The position numbers and the translations under genes are program-made. A DNA stretch of 64,000 nucleotides, taken from an uncultured Gammaproteobacteria bacterium. Lineage in GTDB: Bacteria; Patescibacteriota; Microgenomatia; Levybacterales; GWA1-39-11. Shown here piece by piece: positions 50,445 through 58,662 of this stretch. The stretch's first letter is position 1. Each line of letters opens with the position of its first letter. The stretch lies in assembly GCA_964537315.1 (NCBI GenBank), contig CAZIAP010000001.1, forward strand, positions 23,975 through 87,974, given 5' to 3'. The notes under the pieces are model-generated. The model was not told the origin of the DNA and did not search any database. It saw only the letters and a list, made by a program, of their open reading frames with translations.

Positions 50445-50602
50445 AAAAAAAACCTCCCATGTGGGAGGTAGTTCGTATATTTTAGGGCTATATGTCTCCT
50501 CCCACAATTAAATCGCCTCATTAAAGAGGACGACCATAATAATTGGGAAGAGTTGCTTGTGCATACTAACTTTATTGTAAATCCATAGTCTGTAATTGTC
50601 AA
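50445..50602 (-). promoter_or_regulatory. Promoter + leader ORF + attenuator-like terminator (element A)
   Basis: TTGACA-17-TACAAT; ORF 50564-50508 MHKQLFPIIMVVLFNEAI; competitor TGTGGGAGG; terminator ACCTCCCACATGGGAGGT-T7. Confidence 0.65.
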
Positions 50603-50616
50603 CATTTAGTTTAATA

Positions 50617-50647
50617 TTGGTGCAGGAGAGTCTACCTCCTGCACCAA
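50617..50647. terminator. Strong hairpin at the end of the 51504-50707 operon
   Basis: TTGGTGCAGGAG-agtctac-CTCCTGCACCAA 12-bp perfect stem. Confidence 0.55.
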
Positions 50648-50706
50648 GAAAGACAAGGTTCATGCCACTGATGGTGTTCGCCGATGAACATAGTGACAAT
50701 TTAACC

Positions 50707-51207
50707 TTATGTAGCAGATGGGAAGTTGACGGAAAAGGGTGATTTTCTTTTTATTGTATATCCCGGACATTCACGAAGTGCTTCTTTTAACCGATTTCGG
50801 TAGATTCTGAGCGGATCTAAGTGTGTTTTTCTTACACTTATTGGATTACCGCAAGGAAGAATCTCACCTTGGGTTTTATAAACATTGTCAAGGCGCTTAC
50901 CGATACTTAATATCTCTTTTGATCTCAGCACTTCATCTCTGTTTACGATTATAAGAAGCGGTGTTTTGACCCAACTTGGGAATAGTTCGGTTGGAATAGT
51001 ATGAGGAGCGTCCCATATTTTCCACGGTCCAAATCTGTAATACGCATCAGACTCCGCGCTTATTATGACTGAGTCATACTTTCGACTTACTTCTCCGCGT
51101 TCAGGAAAGATAATCCTGGTGTTGTACTGCGAACCAAGAAGCTCCAGCATCCCCATGACTTTTGGATCATTGTTGGGGATCAGAATTACAGGATTTGAAC
51201 TATTCAT
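50707..51207 (-). CDS. Hypothetical protein
   Basis: 166-aa ORF, no recognised motif. Confidence 0.5.
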   Translation of the reverse strand: MNSSNPVILIPNNDPKVMGMLELLGSQYNTRIIFPERGEVSRKYDSVIISAESDAYYRFGPWKIWDAPHTIPTELFPSWVKTPLLIIVNRDEVLRSKEILSIGKRLDNVYKTQGEILPCGNPISVRKTHLDPLRIYRNRLKEALRECPGYTIKRKSPFSVNFPSAT

Positions 51208-51222
51208 GTCTCACACGTCTTT

Positions 51223-51504
51223 CTAGGGAATGTAGACAAGCTCAGGGAACAAAATATTGTTTCGACTAGCCTCCTCAATTGCTAAAAGGTGGCATACTTG
51301 GCAAGTATTACTACCTTTGATTACTACCTTTGAACATCGTGGACATATGGTAACAGTGCACCCGCATCCTTCACATCTTGTAACAATCTTGTGATCATCT
51401 GGATGCTTACATACCTTTGCCGATTCCTTCATCCTTGCTTCCTTTCTGCTATCTCTCAGATTGAGAGAAACAGCCTTGAACATTTCAAGACTCTTACCTC
51501 TCAA
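51223..51504 (-). CDS. Small Cys-rich (Zn-finger-like) hypothetical protein
   Basis: CKH, CEGCGC, CPRC, CQVC; start uncertain. Confidence 0.5.
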   Translation of the reverse strand: MRGKSLEMFKAVSLNLRDSRKEARMKESAKVCKHPDDHKIVTRCEGCGCTVTICPRCSKVVIKGSNTCQVCHLLAIEEASRNNILFPELVYIP

Positions 51505-51525
51505 CCTGTATGTAAATGTGCAACT

Positions 51526-51705
51526 AAAACAAAAAAACCTCCCATGTGGGAGGTATAGATATATATTTTTTTGATTATTAATTTTTATATTTTACTATTC
51601 CACCCACGCATGTATTTTTCCACCAACGTGGAGAATATTTGCGCGTGAAGGAATATGTGTAATTCATGGTTTATTCATTCTAGCTAACATGAATTTATCT
51701 GTCAA
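51526..51705 (-). promoter_or_regulatory. Promoter + leader ORF + attenuator-like terminator (element B)
   Basis: TTGACA-17-TAGAAT; ORF 51667-51578 MNYTYSFTRKYSPRWWKNTCVGGIVKYKN; terminator identical to element A. Confidence 0.65.
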
Positions 51706-51714
51706 GAAAGGTAA

Positions 51715-52383
51715 TTATCCTGTTTGAGTTGCAACGTTTCGTTCAGAAGAAAGGCTAAATGACGTACCTTTTTTGGATACTTGGCTCCAGTACTGTTGCT
51801 GACCTTTTTTACTTGCAAAAAGTGCCAACCAGTTTTTACCCTCCTCAACTCTGATTCGTGCATTTCTCACAGTCAAAAGTACCCATTCAAGAAAGTTTAC
51901 CTGATAACGACTTGCTTCACTCGAATTACTTTCAACCGTAACCTGTTGTGAGACTTGCTTAAAAGCCATTTCCATCTCTTTTGATGCTTTAATTAATTTT
52001 TTAATCTCGCTTTGAAGTACTTCAATCTGTTGCTTATTTTCAACTTCTTCTTTTTTAGGCACCTCTGCGTGGTCAAGTGATCTTACGTACTCTCTATGCT
52101 CTGCTGTTACTGCAGGCTTTTTTTCTGATTTTTCCGGAATCAAAGAAAACTCCTGCCCTTCTTGCAGTACTGCTTCTTTTTGAATACTTGTACCAGATTC
52201 TGATTTCGTACTTAAAAGCTGTTCAGGGAGGGTTTGTTTAGCAGAAGATTTAAAAAAGTCTTCCCACATGGTTCGAAGCGCATCTTTGGAAAGCGAAGAT
52301 ACCTGTTTGCCCATCTCTCCTCCACTCGTTTCTATAGAGTCTTGGAAGAAAGTGTGTTTTTTTTGTTTTGTTTGATTTGCCAT
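51715..52383 (-). CDS. DUF5660-like Microgenomates protein
   Basis: YQVNFLEW..RVEEGKNWL..KKGQQQYW..KKGTSFSLSSERNVATQTG C-terminus. Confidence 0.7.
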   Translation of the reverse strand: MANQTKQKKHTFFQDSIETSGGEMGKQVSSLSKDALRTMWEDFFKSSAKQTLPEQLLSTKSESGTSIQKEAVLQEGQEFSLIPEKSEKKPAVTAEHREYVRSLDHAEVPKKEEVENKQQIEVLQSEIKKLIKASKEMEMAFKQVSQQVTVESNSSEASRYQVNFLEWVLLTVRNARIRVEEGKNWLALFASKKGQQQYWSQVSKKGTSFSLSSERNVATQTG

Positions 52384-52427
52384 AGGAAATTGATCGTATT
52401 ATAAGATATTTTACGTTCAATTTCAAA

Positions 52428-53258
52428 CTAAATTGACATAAGAAAGTCAATTGTCTTCTGTTGTCGGATTAGAGCTACAAGAAAGTATGGATTTTTTGCA
52501 ATTTCTTCTCTATTTTTAGGATCTTGAAACTTAGATAGAGCTTCTTCTATGTCATTTTTTTCAACTGCTATGTTTTCTGTGTCAGCAATTTTTTTGAGCA
52601 AAAACTCAAGCTTTAGATCACGTTCTGCTTTTGCTTCATATCCACTTCTCATTTCTTCAGCATTTTGACCACGGGTCGCCAGATATTGATCCAAGTTCAT
52701 ACCTAGTCTCTGCAGTTCATCTACAAGTTGTGACAAAAGTCTATTTGTCTCTTCTTCAATAAGGATTTTAGGAACTGTTATCTCAGCTCCTTCTAAAGCA
52801 GCTGCTAGTACGTCGTCAACTTTTGGTTTTTCCGGCTCTTTTTCTCCCGGTTTGATGATTTTGTTTTTTGATGTTACGTTTGTAACTGCCTTTTTATAAT
52901 CACCTAGCTTTACTTCTGGCTCAAGCGCGGTTACAGCCTCAAAAACCAGGTCTGTGCCTTCTTCAAATACTTCAATATGTAATTTTGGTGAGATAATAGG
53001 CTGCAGTTTCTCTGCCTGGATAGCTTTATTGTATGCTTCAGGTACTACTGCTTTTAGAGTTTCTTCCTGAACTACGTGCTTGGGTAGTTTTTCTTCCGCA
53101 ATTTTTTTCGGAACCTGTCCTTTGCGAAATCCTGGTGCTGACACGTTTTTACTCAGCTCAGATTTGATTTTTTCGCGAGTTTTTTCAACTTCAGCGAACG
53201 GAACAGTTATTTTTAAAACTAGTGTTCCGTCGTCTTGTTTGGTAATTTCTGGTTTCAT
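52428..53258 (-). CDS. tig: Trigger factor (lacks FKBP PPIase domain)
   Basis: PGFRKGQVP signature; N-domain joined directly to C-domain, 276 aa. Confidence 0.9.
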   Translation of the reverse strand: MKPEITKQDDGTLVLKITVPFAEVEKTREKIKSELSKNVSAPGFRKGQVPKKIAEEKLPKHVVQEETLKAVVPEAYNKAIQAEKLQPIISPKLHIEVFEEGTDLVFEAVTALEPEVKLGDYKKAVTNVTSKNKIIKPGEKEPEKPKVDDVLAAALEGAEITVPKILIEEETNRLLSQLVDELQRLGMNLDQYLATRGQNAEEMRSGYEAKAERDLKLEFLLKKIADTENIAVEKNDIEEALSKFQDPKNREEIAKNPYFLVALIRQQKTIDFLMSI

Positions 53259-53352
53259 ATCGCCCTATTATACAGGTGAACAGGTTAAAATTCAAAATAT
53301 AAAGTAAAAAGTAGAAAAAGAGCCCATTGATGTTATCGCAGGGCTCGTAGAA

Positions 53353-53463
53353 TTATTCTTTGTTATACTGCTCTGGTAAGAACCTAGAAAAAGGTTCAGC
53401 ATCGTTTGAATCGGGTTGGATTTTGAGAATTTTCTTAATCATATTGAAAATCCTATTAATCAA
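53353..53463 (-). CDS. Possible small protein (36 aa)
   Basis: SD AAGGGGGAG before TTG; followed by GAGCCC/GGGCTC+T5 terminator at 53315-53346. Confidence 0.35.
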   Translation of the reverse strand: MINRIFNMIKKILKIQPDSNDAEPFSRFLPEQYNKE

Positions 53464-53572
53464 CTTTCTCCCCCTTACTTCTAACCCAAGATAGACAACT
53501 CAATACACACAAAGAATATTACAGTTATTATAACACCAACTATAGGATTAATTAAAGAGTTATTGTGAGGTG

Positions 53573-53655
53573 TGCCCGAGAGAGGAGTTGAACCTCCACA
53601 CCGTTGCCGATACAGCGTTCTGAACACTGCGTGTCTACCATTCCACCACTCGGGC
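53573..53655 (-). tRNA. tRNA-Leu(CAG)
   Basis: GCCCGAG acceptor, CAGTG-TTCAGAA-CGCTG, long variable arm. Confidence 0.93.
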
Positions 53656-53750
53656 ATAATTTAGTTATTGGGCAGTTCATATATTTTGATATATTTTATC
53701 CCTTTTGATCTTCCTTGACAAGCAAATACATCTATGGAAAGATAGAAGGA

Positions 53751-54347
53751 ATGGACAAACGGATTATTCTGCTCGGTGTCTATTTGCTCACTGCTCCTGC
53801 TGCACTTTTCGTTCTTATCTTTTATACCCTTTACTATCACCATGAGCATACTCTGTCTCGTACACCTTCTGTAAAGGTGTTGAATTATAATGGTAATTTT
53901 GAAGCTCTACCTGACAATACTGTAAGCACATCAGCGATTAACCTACCAAGTACTGATGCCAGAATTGCAGCGCTGGATGACTTCTTTAAGAAGCACAAAT
54001 CCCCACTTGTCTCTCATAGCAAAATTATTGTTCAGCAGGCTGATGAATATGGGTTTGATTATCGGCTTCTACCTGCAATTGCCATGCAAGAAAGCAACCT
54101 GTGTAAAAAAATTCCTAAGGGAGCTGATCATAACTGTTGGGGTTTCGGTATATACGGAAAAAAACGTACTGGATTCGAATCGTATGATAGAGCTATACAA
54201 GTTATCTCTAAAACTCTTTCCGAGCAGTACATAAGTAAAGGTTTGGAAACTCCGGAGCAGATCATGTCCAAGTATACTCCTAACAGCAATGGTTCATGGG
54301 CAAATGGAGTTATTTACTTCATGAATCAAATCCACTCTAATATTTAG
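53751..54347 (+). CDS. Membrane-anchored lysozyme-like (glucosaminidase-type) protein
   Basis: DYRLLPAIAMQES, NCWGFG, KYTP..W. Confidence 0.75.
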   Translation: MDKRIILLGVYLLTAPAALFVLIFYTLYYHHEHTLSRTPSVKVLNYNGNFEALPDNTVSTSAINLPSTDARIAALDDFFKKHKSPLVSHSKIIVQQADEYGFDYRLLPAIAMQESNLCKKIPKGADHNCWGFGIYGKKRTGFESYDRAIQVISKTLSEQYISKGLETPEQIMSKYTPNSNGSWANGVIYFMNQIHSNI

Positions 54348-54437
54348 CTGCTATATAGTGGTCCAAACTACAAGTGACCACTAAGGCAATTCCAGATTAG
54401 GCCGTATTTATGCTATTTTGAGCATTGTTTTACAGAC

Positions 54438-54689
54438 TTGACAGACTCATAGTTGTTTGCTATAATACGTGCTAGGTCTCGAGGTAGCCCAAAACTTACT
54501 TTGAGACTCTTTAAAAGGACTGAATCAGTGGATATTTTTTATGTAAAAATCCACATCTCTACGAGGCGATTTAGTCCTTTTAAAGTTTTATAAGCATCTC
54601 CAACGTAGTTTTACCTCTGAGTTCCAAGAAAATATTTCATTATTTTTTTGGAGTCCCAGGTAAACGCATAATGCGAATCGGGATGCAAT
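54438..54689 (+). promoter_or_regulatory. Consensus promoter and about 215-nt multi-hairpin 5' leader
   Basis: TTGACA-17-TATAAT (TG-extended); stems GTCTCGAGGTAG/TTACTTTGAGAC, CTTTAAAAGGACTGAATC/GATTTAGTCCTTTTAAAG, GCATCTC/GGGATGC. Confidence 0.6.
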
Positions 54690-55241
54690 ATGAAAAAACT
54701 TTTTATTCTTATCGCCTTTCTTCTTGCGGTAAGCGTTACACCTACAACCTTCGCGTCTGAAAAAATTGCAGGACGCTCAGCAACACTTTCTATTGAATCT
54801 AAACGTCAAACTGATAAGAACTTATCTAACGACGTGAGGGTTACTGCAGTTCAAAATGTACTGAAAAAGTATGATTCTATTCTAGTGCCTGAAGCAGAAA
54901 ACTTTGTGTACTATGCTGATAAGCACGGTATCGACTGGAGACTTCTGGTATCTATTTCAGGTCTTGAATCATATTTTGGTGCCCGGTATGTACAAGGGTC
55001 ATATAACGCCTATGGATGGGGTGGCGGATATATATACTTTGAAAGCTGGGAGGATGGTATAGACACTATTTCTTACGCGCTGAAAACGAAATATTATGAT
55101 CGTGGTGCAAATACTGTGGAAAAAATAGGTCCTATTTATGCTGAAAATCCTCATTGGGCAGAGCGCATATCACGTTTTATGACTCAAATTGATAAAGAGT
55201 ATATAAACCTGACTACCCTTGCTGCTGCTCCTCAGTTTTAG
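54690..55241 (+). CDS. Secreted lysozyme-like protein, paralog of 53751-54347
   Basis: Signal peptide, DWRLLVSISGLES, NAYGWG, IGPIYA..W. Confidence 0.75.
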   Translation: MKKLFILIAFLLAVSVTPTTFASEKIAGRSATLSIESKRQTDKNLSNDVRVTAVQNVLKKYDSILVPEAENFVYYADKHGIDWRLLVSISGLESYFGARYVQGSYNAYGWGGGYIYFESWEDGIDTISYALKTKYYDRGANTVEKIGPIYAENPHWAERISRFMTQIDKEYINLTTLAAAPQF

Positions 55242-55244
55242 AAA

Positions 55245-55319
55245 TGTCAAGAACCGATCTCGACAAGCACTTCGCATTCACATGCAAAGTATTGTATTTG
55301 TCAAGAACCGATCTTGACA
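55245..55319. repeat. Two REP palindromes TGTCAAGA-ACCGA-TCT(C/T)GACA
   Basis: Copies at 55245-55265 and 55299-55319. Confidence 0.85.
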
Positions 55320-55349
55320 AGTTGGATGTGACAGCTCATAACTGATAGT

Positions 55350-56018
55350 ATGTCGTCTCGATATACCGTTAGAAGTTTTTCTAAAAACTGTGTGTATCAC
55401 GCATATAATCGTGGCGTTGAAAAAAGAGATATATTTCTTGATGAATCTGACTGTAGAATATTCCTATTTTACCTTAAGCTCTATTTATCTCCTATAGAAG
55501 CATTAAAGACTCAAAAAATTCCTGGACTTAGGTTAGATAAAATTCTTAAGAATAACTTATCAGAAGAAACTGATCTTCTTTCCTATGCATTAATGCCAAA
55601 CCATTTTCACTTACTGATTAAACAAAAAACTACCAATGGTACTACAAAGTTAATGAAGCGAATGTCTGTTGCATATGCAATGTATTTTAATAAAAAGTAC
55701 AATAGGGTGGGTCCGTTATTTCAGGGAATTTATAAGTCTGTGCTTATCACAACAGACGAACAAATGCTCCATGTATCGCGCTATATCCATCTTAATGCCT
55801 TTGAGATAAAGTCAAATATAGATTTCAAAAAGTTTTCTAGTTACGCTTGGTATTTAAATGCAAATCCACCATCGTGGATACATCCTGACATAATTACTGA
55901 GTACTTTAGAAGTGTGAAAAAAATAAGTAATAACGATATGTTATCGTACCAGAGTTTTGTAGAAGACCATACTCAGCCATCAAAAGAACTACTTGGCGAA
56001 TTAACATTAGAAGACTAA
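55350..56018 (+). mobile_element. REP-associated Y1 (HUH) tyrosine transposase, RAYT/IS200-like
   Basis: YHAYNRG, YALMPNHFHLL (HUH), YFNKKYNRVGPLFQG, SRYIHLN, FSSY. Confidence 0.9.
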
Positions 56019-56033
56019 GTTTTTTGTGCTCAA

Positions 56034-56054
56034 TGTCAAGAACCGATCTCGACA
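56034..56054. repeat. Third REP palindrome downstream of RAYT
   Basis: TGTCAAGAACCGATCTCGACA, identical to 55245-55265. Confidence 0.85.
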
Positions 56055-56164
56055 TATTTGGAGGTATGATCTGAGGGGGGTTGTGTATCGGGTGCATACG
56101 CTAAAATTTGTTTAATATTTCGATTGCAGTTTGTAGGTGGAAAAATGTATAATGTGAGTCGTGA

Positions 56165-56247
56165 GCGGGCGTGGTGAAATGGTATACACGCTAGTTTTAG
56201 GAACTAGTGGCCGCAAGGCCGTGGGGGTTCAAGTCCTCTCGCCCGCA
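56165..56247 (+). tRNA. tRNA-Leu(TAG)
   Basis: GCGGGCG acceptor, CTAGT-TTTAGGA-ACTAG, variable arm GGCC-GCAA-GGCC. Confidence 0.95.
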
Positions 56248-56293
56248 CTAAAATGGATTAAAGCTGTTTATCCTCGTTTAGTAAACTCGAATT

Positions 56294-56656
56294 ATGAAAC
56301 CCAAAAGTGTTGACGAATACATTGAAAATTTTCCACAAGATCAGAAAGAAAAGCTGATAGAGCTACGAAAGATTATAAAAACTACACTGCCTGATACAAA
56401 GGAAGCACTCAAATGGGGTGATCCAGCAGTCTTGGATAAAGATGGAATGATCTTAGTAATTTATGGTGGATATAAACAACACATGAATCTTGTTGCTACA
56501 CCAAGCACTAAACAGGCGTTAGAAAATGAATTGTCAGATTACAAAACTGGTAAAGGTTCCGTTCAGTTACATTATGATAAACCACTGCCGGTTACTTTGA
56601 TTAAAAAAATCTTGTTATACAGAGCCAAAGAATATCGTGAACAAGGTGTTAAGTGA
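56294..56656 (+). CDS. DUF1801/YdhG-like protein
   Basis: SVDEYI, LRKII, LKWGDP, KGSVQL..KPLP. Confidence 0.85.
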   Translation: MKPKSVDEYIENFPQDQKEKLIELRKIIKTTLPDTKEALKWGDPAVLDKDGMILVIYGGYKQHMNLVATPSTKQALENELSDYKTGKGSVQLHYDKPLPVTLIKKILLYRAKEYREQGVK

Positions 56657-56845
56657 AAGTGATTGAATAGGTCTATAATCTACTCACCTATTGTCATTTC
56701 TTCCTGTATTCTTACTGTATTTTTTGATTATTCTCGTTCGATTTCCTTACTATCTAGTTAGTTATTTCAATTTAATGTACCGAATGTATACAAGGTGTCT
56801 TTGTGCAAATATCACAAGCATACCAAGTAAAAGGAGGTGAACTAT

Positions 56846-56998
56846 ATGACTGATGTGTTAAGAGACAAAGATGATTTAAAAAAACGGGAAGAAATAATCG
56901 ATGATGAAGAAGGCGAAGCAGGTGGAGAGGCAGAGTATGACGCAGATATCAACGAAACAACTGATGATCTGATCGAGACTGATGACGATAGGATGTAA
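56846..56998 (+). CDS. Small highly acidic protein (50 aa, not in ORF track)
   Basis: Perfect SD AAGGAGGTGA; MTDVLRDKDDLKKREEIIDDEEGEAGGEAEYDADINETTDDLIETDDDRM; hairpin at 57003-57030. Confidence 0.7.
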   Translation: MTDVLRDKDDLKKREEIIDDEEGEAGGEAEYDADINETTDDLIETDDDRM

Positions 56999-57169
56999 AT
57001 GGCTAGCGCAGGAGATATGTCCCGCGCTAGGATAATATGCCAAAGCGCTATTTACTCAAAGAATTAAGAGATACATTCCGTTATATCAAAAATGGGTTAG
57101 GAAATATTCGCGGAAAAAAAGGCGGAGAACAAGAAATTAAAGAGGACGAAGAGGTTCAAATAAAAGAAA

Positions 57170-58033
57170 ATGACACAAAAACCAACACCCCCACAACCGA
57201 AACAAACTCTCGATACTAGACCAGGGAAAGAACACGAGATGGTTCAAAAACCTGAGTATTATGGAGAAGATTATAAGCCTGCCGGGAAATTAGAAGGAAA
57301 AATTGCAATTATTACCGGCGGTGATAGTGGAATTGGACGCTCGGTTGCTGTGCTTTTTGCGCGAGAAGGAGCGGATATTGCTATCGCCTATCTTAATGAG
57401 CATAAAGATGCTCAAAAAACTCAACAAGAGGTTGAAAAGGTAGGAAAAAAATGTATTGCTATTTCCGGTGACCTTGGTGAAGAATCACACGCTAATGATG
57501 TCGTAAGCCAGGTGATACAAGAATTCGGGTCATTGGATATATTAGTCAATAATGCTGCCGAGCAGCATCCACAGGAAAGCATTTCTGATATTTCTTCTGA
57601 GCAGCTTGAAAGGACTTTTAGAACAAATATTTTTGCATATTTTTACTTAACTAAAGCTGCTCTATCCCATCTGAAATCAGGAAGTACCATTATTAACACT
57701 ACTTCCGTTACAGCTTACAGAGGAAGCGATCATTTAATTGATTACGCATCTACTAAAGGTGCAATTGTTGCTTTTACACGCTCACTTGCAAGTCAGTTGG
57801 CTGAAAAGAATATTAGAGTCAATGGCGTTGCTCCGGGTCCTATTTGGACTCCGTTAATACCCTCTACTTTCCCTGAAAATCATGTTGAAAAGTTTGGAGA
57901 AAAAGAGCCTTTAGGTCGTCCCGGTCAACCTGATGAAGTTGCACCAAGTTATGTATTTTTAGCCTCACAGGATTCTTCTTACATGACAGGTCAGGTACTC
58001 CACCCTAACGGCGGGGAAATTATAAACGGATAG
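57170..58033 (+). CDS. SDR oxidoreductase, YhdF/YdaD general-stress type
   Basis: ITGGDSGIG, NNAAEQH, YASTK, APGPIWTPLIP, HPNGG. Confidence 0.92.
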   Translation: MTQKPTPPQPKQTLDTRPGKEHEMVQKPEYYGEDYKPAGKLEGKIAIITGGDSGIGRSVAVLFAREGADIAIAYLNEHKDAQKTQQEVEKVGKKCIAISGDLGEESHANDVVSQVIQEFGSLDILVNNAAEQHPQESISDISSEQLERTFRTNIFAYFYLTKAALSHLKSGSTIINTTSVTAYRGSDHLIDYASTKGAIVAFTRSLASQLAEKNIRVNGVAPGPIWTPLIPSTFPENHVEKFGEKEPLGRPGQPDEVAPSYVFLASQDSSYMTGQVLHPNGGEIING

Positions 58034-58115
58034 TTATAATTTTTCACGATAATTTTCATTGATATTAAGTAATATTTCTTGTAAAATGTAAGCCACCCTT
58101 CAGGAATGGAAATAT

Positions 58116-58200
58116 GGGCTGATGGCGAAACTGGTAGACGCGCAGTCTTGAGGGGGCTGTACCGCAAGGTGTGGAGGTTCAAGTCCTCTTCAGCCCACCA
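58116..58200 (+). tRNA. tRNA-Leu(GAG)
   Basis: GGGCTGA acceptor, CAGTC-TTGAGGG-GGCTG, encoded CCA. Confidence 0.95.
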
Positions 58201-58279
58201 AACGTTTCACATTAAACTACTTTTATTACCTTCGTACGTATGTTAAAATGATCTCTGATATAGGGTTAATCTTATATTT

Positions 58280-58354
58280 GGGCGCTTAGCTCAGCTGGTT
58301 TAGAGCGCCTCGTTTACACCGAGGAGGTCAGGGGTTCGAATCCCTTAGCGCCCA
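58280..58354 (+). tRNA. tRNA-Val(TAC)
   Basis: GGGCGCT acceptor, CCTCG-TTTACAC-CGAGG. Confidence 0.96.
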
Positions 58355-58410
58355 CTCTTCATTACGTCCACTGTAGACAATAACAGGTTTACATCAAACG
58401 AATGTGAGAT

Positions 58411-58483
58411 GCCGAGATTGCCAAGTTGGTCAAGGCGCTTGTCTGAAGAACAAGTTATGCGGGTTCGATTCCTGCTCTCGGCA
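58411..58483 (+). tRNA. tRNA-Phe(GAA)
   Basis: GCCGAGA acceptor, CTTGT-CTGAAGA-ACAAG, A73. Confidence 0.88.
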
Positions 58484-58521
58484 CAACTGACAATAAAGGA
58501 AGCCTTGATTTTCCTTAAAAA

Positions 58522-58596
58522 GCGGCGGTAGTTCAGCGGTAGAATGCTTCCTTGCCAAGGAAGATGTCGCCGGTTCGATCCCGGTCCGCCGCTCCA
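58522..58596 (+). tRNA. tRNA-Gly(GCC)
   Basis: GCGGCGG acceptor, CTTCC-TTGCCAA-GGAAG, TCCA end. Confidence 0.96.
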
Positions 58597-58662
58597 TATT
58601 TTACTCTCTTCATACTCATATCTTGCAATCATTTCATTTATCTTGTTTACTATATTCAAGAT

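Noticed and set aside
50508-50699. 63-aa ORF as listed in the track
   Set aside because: Its 5' part spans a hairpin and the promoter; only the last 18 codons from ATG 50564 lie in the predicted transcript
56654-56662. TGA AAG TGA at the end of DUF1801 suggesting TGA recoding
   Set aside because: TGA clearly terminates the MFS, pilX-like, pilV-like and rpsP genes, and no conserved gene is interrupted by TGA; code 11 holds
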